From IMG/VR virus record IMGVR_UViG_3300020470_000460, positions 10,411 through 74,410 of that record: DNA of 64,000 nucleotides, one strand, 5' to 3'. The notes below the pieces were generated by a model. It made no database searches. It saw nothing but the letters and a program-made list of their open reading frames with translations, and was not told where the DNA came from. The stretch comes from a virus. The translations under genes were made by a program, and so were the position numbers. Of the stretch, positions 27,801 through 35,066 are shown piece by piece; position 1 is the first letter of the stretch, and each line of letters starts with the position of its first letter.

Positions 27801-28382
27801 TGCTAAGTCATCACGATAGTATACTCCAGTATTATCACCATCAAAGAATGACTGTTGCCAGAAATAGCAACCACCAGTTAGTTTGAATATACCAGCAGGG
27901 ACTGGTTCGTTAGCAGCAGTTATGCCCAGTGATCCTTGTACTGTAGGATAAGGTACATACTTAGGTACAATTTTCGTTCTTCTAAGGTCAGATCCGACGA
28001 CGGAACAACCTCTGGGGACGACAATGCCACCACGAGTCGAATTGAATTTATAAAGTTCGTTAGAAGCACTGGTCAGATCAAAGTTGGTATTCTCATTAAA
28101 TGGTTGGATCTGGTTATAGTCTGATATACCAGGTCTGTTATCTACCACATATTCTGATGGATAGAGATAGATACTGAATGCGTCGAATTCGTCGTTTGAA
28201 AGACCAACTCTATATGAAAATCGTGCTACCTCAAGGAAAGCACGTTGTAACGTCTTAAAAGGACGCAAAGCAGAGTTACCTCGGTTATCGTATGCATCCG
28301 ATGCATCAAAATCGTCGGGGTTAACGTAGATAATACGTCCTGTCCTCGACGTAATGATATTTTTAAGACGAGTAAGTGCCAT
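24810..28382 (-). CDS. Large virion tail-fibre/spike protein
   Basis: MAL.RL.N...G...YVNP.D.DA.D...NRGNS..RPFKT N-terminus, beta-helix-like core; late promoter at 28404-28410. Confidence 0.8.
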   Translation of the reverse strand: MALTRLKNIITSRTGRIIYVNPDDFDASDAYDNRGNSALRPFKTLQRAFLEVARFSYRVGLSNDEFDAFSIYLYPSEYVVDNRPGISDYNQIQPFNENTNFDLTSASNELYKFNSTRGGIVVPRGCSVVGSDLRRTKIVPKYVPYPTVQGSLGITAANEPVPAGIFKLTGGCYFWQQSFFDGDNTGVYYRDDLAQIAPNFSHHKLTCFEFANVEDLELYYQKISKGYAVIPDTSGIVSQDQMQARVEENRIVGPISDEFAVSQIIRNGQTATAFTVDELGNPKNHGFSVGVAVNISGVTGPTDQDALLYNGSFLVTSAQGNQFTYQMSSEPSGNALGNNVLVKVEIDTVDSASPYVFNCSLRSVWGINGMHADGSQATGFKSMVVAQFTGISLQKDDRAFVIYNQTTGAYEPQAAGSGAHINGLAKYRKGWRHRHIYASNDAFIQVVSVFAVGFGDHFFADSGGDLSITNSNSNFGNTSLRSKGFKSAAFTKDKAGQVTHVIPPKSLSDVSEISINWVTIDINKTKSVADPTKLFLYGYTVETGKPPAKVQGYTVGARRDDVNTPDRLYVLLIASGASEPTTHYADISPSGPLVTGTKAGDDDNPVKWDSVNSQWYLQVDGSANTIYTTLQANSIYQNLGFTPTTFIRRVPDARNLVDRIYRYRYVLDKDAFPVPRAPITGFVVQPRSSETNSPAYTKAYYIYAVETHQTFVKGVTDGIYYLTLLNASVAPSTSNFNDFAFSQAVVDLYPAFDRDNPVADPSAAVSIASNETLGVVTTTDGASPTPNEDTQRSLTKETSQFFLLETENNLGYNTTSNVLNGISVTARLGDAEERKIALKLNADNSVQPLLCELRRYSILRASGHTFEYLGFGPGNYSTAFPSTQVEVLTPAQVRLSQSLKESAGVAYYSGVNSDGELFVGNQVINPVTGQITNEDIAQLNVLGEEGTTIETFSEIVLTDKLTVIGGASNQLESVFSGPATFQKKITSQDTLQTLNFTLSNDDGTVLKNTFLAEDDGTGNPTVTAGSAFNTGDICYNVDWTPGTYLGWIYDSGTWYKFGLSDTAPITSNRFSGVTHYGIGEAPDALNRMRITGNVAITGDIDVTGKYGCADKYTLATGVTNSNNGVMYTGNGVATSFAISPGHTAYSLLVFLNGVAQVPGVDYTVTANSVDFSVGTTPQTGDNIQIRELVI

Positions 28383-28417
28383 TTATTTGTAAACCTTACC
28401 TAGTATTTAGTAGGTGT

Positions 28418-30604
28418 TTAACCACCTGATTGTATCTTGGTCATGTTGATAACTTCATAGTCATCAGATGTTGTCTCAAATCCATTAAGGACGTAACTAA
28501 TATCACCCGCTGAAGAATAAACAAGTAGATTCTGACCAGGACCCACTATAATAGAGGTATTCTTATCGGTAGTATTTGCTGCTAAAGCATTATCATATAA
28601 GAAATAATCTTCTGCTGAATACAGACCAGTTTGATCTGTATGAATGCCAGTACTGATAGTTGCCACATCAAATGTTAGTGCAGCACCACCTCCACCTCCT
28701 AACTGGGAGTCATTAATAGTAAGGGTATCAGATACAGCATGACCATATCCACCATCTATGACAGTGATAGTCGCTGCTCCAGATCCATCAACTACAACTG
28801 TAAACTTAGAAGTAGTTAGATTTCCAGATCCACCTGTTGCATTAGGTGAAATACTTGCATAGGTACCTGCTGTCCTTGATGCATCAGCAGCACCAATACT
28901 ATTGACGGACAATGCTTTACCAGTCCTGACAGTAGTTAAAATACGAGTACCATTGTTTAATGTAGGAGTATCATAGAATGAATCATCAGCAGCAAATGCC
29001 TGTGATCCTTCTCCTATACTTACCTTCAAATGACATGATGCTGGGTACCAATCTTGGACATATCCAAAAGGTCCAGCAGTAACACCACTTGCTTGAATAG
29101 TTTGAGTAGTAGCAGATATAGTGAATGTGTCAGCAGCAGCGAGTGCTTCACCCTTCACGTCATAGATATACAACTCATTATATGAAGGGTCATCGTTAAT
29201 ACTTGCAACGAAACCAACACCAGTTGTAGATCCAGCAGGGGATCCATCTGCATATATGTTTAAGTTTGCAGTCGTATCAACAGTGATATCAATAGCAGTA
29301 TATGCTCCACTTGAACCAGCAGTACCTACCTTGCTGACTCCAGCAGTATATTCAGTACCTGATCCGTTTGTACCTTCTACATCGTCTGCTGAGAATTTCA
29401 GTGGGTAGTTAGTACAAGTAGAATCTTCTAAGTTATACTTGTATGTCCTATTAATATCATACTGGTTAATAGTTTGTATGATATGATCTGTTGCTCCAAC
29501 ACTAGTCTGTGATATCACATACTTGTTATCAATTGTTGCACCCTGTGATGTAACAAAGTTTAGAGGAACAGTAGCGTTAGATGAAGATCCAGTTACAGTC
29601 TCACCTTCACTGAAATAGTTTAGAAGATAAATTCCGTTGTCTGTTAATAGAGTTACGTTAACACCATCGTTGTGGTCAACGTCAGTTGTACCATAACGTC
29701 CTCTTACAAGACTAAGGTCATTACCATTAACTTCAGATATTTGACACAACTCGTTGTCAATTATGACAATACCACCAGATGTAAATCCAGTAGAGTTAGC
29801 AACTGTTAAAACTGTATCACCAGCAACATAAGTCGCACCTTCAGCAATAGTTGAAACAGTAGCAGAAGCAGACCAAGCATTAATCTGACTACCAGCAGGA
29901 ATGGCAGCAGCAGTTGTACCCAGTTGTCCTCTTGTTATCTGTAACACATTGGTAGTAGTGTTAATACCAGAGTTGTTAATAGTTGAAACTTCACCACCTT
30001 GTAATGTACTAGGATCTGTGCCAATGGTTAGATACATACCATCTGCTAGACCTGTTGTCCTTGAGATGTTTACAGTTGTACCACCAGCAGCAATGTCTGC
30101 ATACTCAGTCCAAACACCAATAGTAGCATTCATTCCCCTGAATGTTGCTGTGAAACCTGAAGTTGCTCCAGTTAATGTCTCACCACCAGTGAATGTACCT
30201 GCTTGGTTATCTCCATCAATTGCTGTGTTACTAATAGGTAATACTTTTACAAAGTAATCTACGTCATTAGTAGGTTTAAATACATCTAATATGGTAGCAG
30301 TAGCACCATTAGTAGTTGTAAATGTAGTACCTGGGATTGCTGCTGAATCTTGGAATCCAGGTTCCACGTTAATCTTGTATGCTGAAATAGGGTTACCCTT
30401 AGCAAATTTATATGTAGAGGTATTCGCTCCATCTAAATGCAACACTTGCTCATAATCACGAAGTGCTGCTCTGTATGCTAAGGCACCTGCTGTTTGGTTG
30501 CAAACATTCAAGACTGAACTTGCACTCCTAGTGATCGGTGTCCTATACAGAACTGTATTTGTAGTTGCACCAGGCTTGCTGGCGGCTAATCTTCCTGCTG
30601 TCAT
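28418..30604 (-). CDS. Virion structural/tail-fibre protein
   Basis: T/G/A/S-rich with repeated RG..GT modules; late operon. Confidence 0.7.
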   Translation of the reverse strand: MTAGRLAASKPGATTNTVLYRTPITRSASSVLNVCNQTAGALAYRAALRDYEQVLHLDGANTSTYKFAKGNPISAYKINVEPGFQDSAAIPGTTFTTTNGATATILDVFKPTNDVDYFVKVLPISNTAIDGDNQAGTFTGGETLTGATSGFTATFRGMNATIGVWTEYADIAAGGTTVNISRTTGLADGMYLTIGTDPSTLQGGEVSTINNSGINTTTNVLQITRGQLGTTAAAIPAGSQINAWSASATVSTIAEGATYVAGDTVLTVANSTGFTSGGIVIIDNELCQISEVNGNDLSLVRGRYGTTDVDHNDGVNVTLLTDNGIYLLNYFSEGETVTGSSSNATVPLNFVTSQGATIDNKYVISQTSVGATDHIIQTINQYDINRTYKYNLEDSTCTNYPLKFSADDVEGTNGSGTEYTAGVSKVGTAGSSGAYTAIDITVDTTANLNIYADGSPAGSTTGVGFVASINDDPSYNELYIYDVKGEALAAADTFTISATTQTIQASGVTAGPFGYVQDWYPASCHLKVSIGEGSQAFAADDSFYDTPTLNNGTRILTTVRTGKALSVNSIGAADASRTAGTYASISPNATGGSGNLTTSKFTVVVDGSGAATITVIDGGYGHAVSDTLTINDSQLGGGGGAALTFDVATISTGIHTDQTGLYSAEDYFLYDNALAANTTDKNTSIIVGPGQNLLVYSSAGDISYVLNGFETTSDDYEVINMTKIQSGG

Positions 30605-30605
30605 T

Positions 30606-31949
30606 TTACCATCCAGACATAAAGTGTTGTTGTATTCTTAGTTGTCCTCCTAGGACAGGGGCTGCGAGTGCTCCACCGAATGTAATAGCAACTTCACTAA
30701 TGTTGTTAGTTGAAAGTAATGTTGCATCGGCATTTGGGAATTGAATTGTAACACTTTCGTTAATGTTACTAGTATCAATCGTGACGATTCCGTTAAGGTC
30801 GTCAGGATTATTTATCTTCATCAATTCCATCGTCTTGTTAGTCAGAGTCTGGGTCTTCTTCTCTGAAACAAGTATATTAGGATCAGAACCATTATTCAAT
30901 GGTGCTGTAACCTCATTATCTGGGAAACTAAAGACGTATGTCTGGTTATCCTCTATATTTGATAGATCGAATTGAATCTTTCTACCTTCTCCATCTGCGA
31001 CATCAGTATCACAGAATACTGCACCTTTATAGACCTTATTAGATACAGTTTGAGCTGATGCTTCACCAACCACCTTAATGTTAAGGTCTGGCCATATCAC
31101 AGTACGATCCTGCGTTAATTGTGAAGAATCAAATATTACATACCTGGTAGGGTTATTCTCATCATTTGAAGGGGTATTTGAGAATGTGGGGTTAACCAAG
31201 TTTTTATTAAAGACATTCTGCTCAGTAATGTCATCAAGTAGCGTAGATTGTGTATTAGCAGCACCAAAGTCAGGTAGTTTGTATGTGTGAGCACCTGGTG
31301 ATTCCCATGCGTCAGTCTCAAACTTAGCAATCTTTGATGTATCTGTAGATCCAGTAATCTGTAACTCACTGTCCTTAATAAGGATAGTCTTGTTAGTTAA
31401 GGTCTGGAATGCGTCATTAGAAACTAGAGTAGTACTTGTGTTAGTACCTACATTAGGTAAGTCAAAACGACGTGTGCCTGACTGTGTAGAAATAGTATCT
31501 ACGTTGAAATGTGCTCTCTTAGCAGGGTTTTGGTCACCTGCAAGATAGAATTGTGCGTCAGTTTGAATTAAATCACCATTAACAGTTAAATAACCACTAC
31601 CCTGTGGAGTAAATTCTATACTAGAAATTGCCGATGCAGTATCAATTGCTCTAATAATTAGAGTGCTTGATCCATCGGTATTCGCTCTTCTACTGTTATA
31701 GAGTGATGCACTACCAAAAGTAATACCTATTTCATCTACTGCTGACTGGTAGATTCCCGAATCTCGGTCAAGGTCAAAAGCTAATCCTGGTTGGGTCGCT
31801 GTTCCTGCACTAAGTCCTCTAAACAGTTGGTTAATCTTGGCCTTTCTGTTTGGTATTAGTGGATCAGAAATAACGATGGGAAGGATAGCTTCACCAGTTA
31901 CGAGTCCATCTGCAATAGTTTCTAACTGGGATATCCGTTTAGTTGCCAC
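30606..31949 (-). CDS. Virion structural protein (fibre-like QTLTNKT repeats)
   Basis: Repeated QTLTNKT / T...P motifs; TATAAATA at 31978-31985. Confidence 0.7.
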   Translation of the reverse strand: MATKRISQLETIADGLVTGEAILPIVISDPLIPNRKAKINQLFRGLSAGTATQPGLAFDLDRDSGIYQSAVDEIGITFGSASLYNSRRANTDGSSTLIIRAIDTASAISSIEFTPQGSGYLTVNGDLIQTDAQFYLAGDQNPAKRAHFNVDTISTQSGTRRFDLPNVGTNTSTTLVSNDAFQTLTNKTILIKDSELQITGSTDTSKIAKFETDAWESPGAHTYKLPDFGAANTQSTLLDDITEQNVFNKNLVNPTFSNTPSNDENNPTRYVIFDSSQLTQDRTVIWPDLNIKVVGEASAQTVSNKVYKGAVFCDTDVADGEGRKIQFDLSNIEDNQTYVFSFPDNEVTAPLNNGSDPNILVSEKKTQTLTNKTMELMKINNPDDLNGIVTIDTSNINESVTIQFPNADATLLSTNNISEVAITFGGALAAPVLGGQLRIQQHFMSGW

Positions 31950-31977
31950 GAAATTTCAACACAATTTGCTACAGTTT

Positions 31978-31985
31978 TATTTATA
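31978..31985 (-). promoter_or_regulatory. T4-type late promoter
   Basis: TATAAATA on the minus strand. Confidence 0.75.
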
Positions 31986-32070
31986 CTACTTACGACCTAC
32001 CTTTTTCATTAGGTAAAAACTCGTAGGCAATAATTTTTGTATCATCTGTCCTGGTTCTAGGACCAAATCT

Positions 32071-32078
32071 TATAAATA
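32071..32078 (+). promoter_or_regulatory. T4-type late promoter
   Basis: TATAAATA on the plus strand. Confidence 0.75.
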
Positions 32079-32147
32079 GTGGTAGAATTAGGAACAACAA
32101 GATGAATTGAAAACTCATTTGTTATTGTTAACCAATTCGAGAAACCT

Positions 32148-32309
32148 ATGCATAACCTTAGACCGCAAAATCAATTAGCTGAGTGGAAGCACTCTTCAGA
32201 TCGTTGCTTAAACACACCACAGGATGAATTAATAGACGATTACTTCTCCTGTCTTATTGAGAGTGACAGCTATGAGCAAGAAAGACTCTGTAGACATTTG
32301 CTCTGCTAA
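32148..32309 (+). CDS. Small Cys-containing protein (53 aa), absent from the ORF track
   Basis: MHNLRPQNQLAEW...DDYFSCLIE...LCRHLLC; own late promoter and terminator. Confidence 0.7.
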   Translation: MHNLRPQNQLAEWKHSSDRCLNTPQDELIDDYFSCLIESDSYEQERLCRHLLC

Positions 32310-32370
32310 CTCTGGAGTGTTTTTATCTTTTTCCCCTATGCAACAGCGGCTATCGTTATGTGTAGTTTCT

Positions 32371-32393
32371 TACCCCCGAAAGGGGGTATTTTT
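32371..32393 (+). terminator. Intrinsic terminator
   Basis: TACCCCC-GAAA-GGGGGTA-TTTTT. Confidence 0.85.
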
Positions 32394-32397
32394 ATGT

Positions 32398-32592
32398 TCA
32401 ATAATATTTAATTGGGTCTTGTATTTGTACCTCAATTGTATCAAATAATCTGTTTAATGAATCACTAAACTGTCTGTACCCTGATCCAACATATAATTGT
32501 CCAGCAAATACAGACACAGTAGCAGCACCCCAGAAGATATAGTAAAATCTACTCTTCACTTGGTTTCTTTTCTTTTCTTTCTTCAGACTCAT
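32398..32592 (-). CDS. Small membrane protein
   Basis: Basic N-terminus and hydrophobic segment; TTGACA-16-TAGAAT at 32613-32640. Confidence 0.65.
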   Translation of the reverse strand: MSLKKEKKRNQVKSRFYYIFWGAATVSVFAGQLYVGSGYRQFSDSLNRLFDTIEVQIQDPIKYY

Positions 32593-32675
32593 TTTCCTTC
32601 ATACTTTTGACTATTCTATCATAGTCCTCTGCACTGTCAACTATAGATCTTCTTAACTCTTCTAGTGACCAGTTT

Positions 32676-33371
32676 TCAGAATGCATCTAAATCTTTTCCG
32701 TGCTTACCCATATTTATCGGTGGCACCTTCTTAGATCTTGATATAGTTGCTTGATAGTCCTTATCAAATATCTCTAGTCCTTTATCAGTAAGGATATGAT
32801 TATACATTCCTTCAAAGATCTTAGGTGGCATGGTAACTATGTGTGCACCATTCCAGAATGATCTTGATACTTTATATACGTCACGAATAGATGCTGCAAG
32901 TATCTGTGTCTTAACTCCTTGCACTCTATAGACTTCGCTTATCGACCTAACAATCTCCAGTCCAGCAACAGAATTATCGTCCAACCTCCCAATAAAAGGA
33001 GACACGTACGTAGCACCTGCCTTTGATGCAAGTATAGCCTGAGCTGCGTTAAAAATAAGGGTGACATTTACTCTAACTCCATCATCTGATAGTATTTTAC
33101 ATGCTTTTAATCCTTCTGGTGTGCATGGCACCTTGATAGTACACACTTCTTTAAATTCAGCAGAGAGTCTTCTACCCTCTCCTATCATATCCTCTACCAC
33201 TTCCATACTAATGTCAGGTACCCCTGCCAGTACTAATTCACGATAGACATCCTCTGGATCTCTACCACTCTTACGAATAAGAGATGGATTGGTAGTAACA
33301 CCATCGATTAACCCTGTCTCAAAATGTTTGAGAATAGTTGGGACATCAGCAGTATCTAAAAAAATCTTCAC
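32676..33371 (-). CDS. talC: Transaldolase
   Basis: FLDTAD, GVTTNPSL, IKVP, NVTLIF, YVSPFIGRLDD, AASIR. Confidence 0.95.
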   Translation of the reverse strand: MKIFLDTADVPTILKHFETGLIDGVTTNPSLIRKSGRDPEDVYRELVLAGVPDISMEVVEDMIGEGRRLSAEFKEVCTIKVPCTPEGLKACKILSDDGVRVNVTLIFNAAQAILASKAGATYVSPFIGRLDDNSVAGLEIVRSISEVYRVQGVKTQILAASIRDVYKVSRSFWNGAHIVTMPPKIFEGMYNHILTDKGLEIFDKDYQATISRSKKVPPINMGKHGKDLDAF

Positions 33372-33631
33372 TCAGGAACCTCCTCCATGTTTTCAACAAA
33401 TTGTTCAATTGGAAATAGCAAAGGATGACATGCTTCTGCAATTAGATACTGAGAGTATCTATACATGTCATCCATAGTATAACTCTGATTACTAGCAGCT
33501 TCCTGCTGTATCTCTTCTATTGCCATTGGTTCTGGCAATTCATCAAAGGTAAAGGGAATACCCTGTATGTACCACATGTCTACTACCTTCTCGTTTAGGT
33601 AACAGTAGTTTCTTGTGATACGACCTTTCAT
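33368..33631 (-). CDS. Conserved cyanophage hypothetical protein
   Basis: 87-aa ORF, coupled. Confidence 0.7.
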   Translation of the reverse strand: MKGRITRNYCYLNEKVVDMWYIQGIPFTFDELPEPMAIEEIQQEAASNQSYTMDDMYRYSQYLIAEACHPLLFPIEQFVENMEEVPE

Positions 33632-33888
33632 TACAACCCTTGTGTCATCTCCCGCAGAGCAGCATCCACATATGTTCGTGTTCCCACTGGATCAGGGACG
33701 AACTCATCGGGGTTTGGAATATTTAGGTCTGGTGCTTCAGGGTCTTGAGCAACAGATGCTACTGGTGAGATAATACAGACAATACCATTGTCGGTAGTAA
33801 CCTTCAAGGTATTACCCTTCTCTACCAGTCTAAGAGAAAAGGGGACGTTCTCTTGGAACTCCCCCTGTGATAGATTGATGATGTTCAT
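33631..33888 (-). CDS. Hypothetical protein, Phd/YefM-like N-terminus
   Basis: I.L...EF..N....L..VE.G....VT...G pattern. Confidence 0.5.
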   Translation of the reverse strand: MNIINLSQGEFQENVPFSLRLVEKGNTLKVTTDNGIVCIISPVASVAQDPEAPDLNIPNPDEFVPDPVGTRTYVDAALREMTQGL

Positions 33889-34088
33889 AGGTATGTGATC
33901 ATTTCATCTGGGACTGTCTCACGAAAATGCTTTAGAGTTTCAGTAAACCCATCCACTCCATCTTCACTAAACTCCCACGTCACAATCTCATCATATCCTT
34001 CATCATCCATAATCTTCACCTCTCTCTTGGCAACATTAACCCAGATATGCTCTAGGTATGTGTCCGTGTCTCCTGTTATCTTTGCCAT
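33885..34088 (-). CDS. Conserved cyanophage hypothetical protein
   Basis: Acidic 67-aa ORF; TTGCCA-17-TACAGT promoter at 34112-34140. Confidence 0.7.
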   Translation of the reverse strand: MAKITGDTDTYLEHIWVNVAKREVKIMDDEGYDEIVTWEFSEDGVDGFTETLKHFRETVPDEMITYL

Positions 34089-34126
34089 GTGGATGGGTAT
34101 ACACTGAATCTACTGTAGCACGGTTC

Positions 34127-35029
34127 CTAGATTTTGGCAAGGAACCTGTTGTACACTCCTCTTTTCTTAAGAAAAGTGTGGTTTAGGTGAGCAGTGCTCA
34201 CACTCAATTGGACTTGACCGTCTTCCTTGTCCAAGAGTCGGTCAGTAGTCAAACAAAGTAACTGATACATCATCGTTAGACGACCTTCATTACTCATGTA
34301 TGCTGCTTTACCTTCTCCTTCCCAAAAATCTACAAGATCTTTTAGAAGTGGGACACTACCATTACCTAGTACTGTATCCTCAAAGTGTTCCATGAGGATT
34401 TCGGCAGCATCACGTAAACCATTGTTAACACATAGGGTTGACCATGCTCCAATAGTCTTTCTGCTGCCAGACCAGTCAGTACAAGAAGCGAAGAAACTCG
34501 ATACAATCTTATCTGACTCGATAATGTAGCTTTTCCAATATTCCCATTGATGTATCGCATTGTTAATGGTGAGTTCTTCACCTCTGCGACGCTTTAACAG
34601 GTCTTTCATCACTGCTACATTTTCAGGTGTAGCAGACTCATCTACCCTATGGATCTCATCAATTGGTTTACGAGGTTTTGCTAGTGCACACTTGGAGAAG
34701 CAATTTGCTTCTACCCCAGTGACAACTATAACTGTAAACAGTTCTCTTGGATCTCGTTTTGAGATTGCATTTAACCTATGCTGTGCCTCAGTGAGGTTAC
34801 CTTCTTTGTTGAAGGTTATAGGTTGACCATCCAAGAGCCACCCTTGCTGATTAATATTATTACTAATCTTTTTAGCATGGGTCTTTGACATCTTTCTGTT
34901 GTCAAAGTTGTGATACTTTAGCAGGTATTCTGCTATCTCACTGTTGATTCGACAAGTCAAGGCTTCATACACCTGTGACTTAGGGTTAAAAGGAAGAGCG
35001 ATTTTGTCTTCCAGTATACTTAAGGCCAT
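34127..35029 (-). CDS. ParB/DGQHR-like domain protein
   Basis: N..NR......W...G.PI.F...G.L.EAQHRL.AI. Confidence 0.6.
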   Translation of the reverse strand: MALSILEDKIALPFNPKSQVYEALTCRINSEIAEYLLKYHNFDNRKMSKTHAKKISNNINQQGWLLDGQPITFNKEGNLTEAQHRLNAISKRDPRELFTVIVVTGVEANCFSKCALAKPRKPIDEIHRVDESATPENVAVMKDLLKRRRGEELTINNAIHQWEYWKSYIIESDKIVSSFFASCTDWSGSRKTIGAWSTLCVNNGLRDAAEILMEHFEDTVLGNGSVPLLKDLVDFWEGEGKAAYMSNEGRLTMMYQLLCLTTDRLLDKEDGQVQLSVSTAHLNHTFLKKRGVYNRFLAKI

Positions 35030-35066
35030 TTCTTACGCCATTTGTATAGGACAAATTTATTCTACA

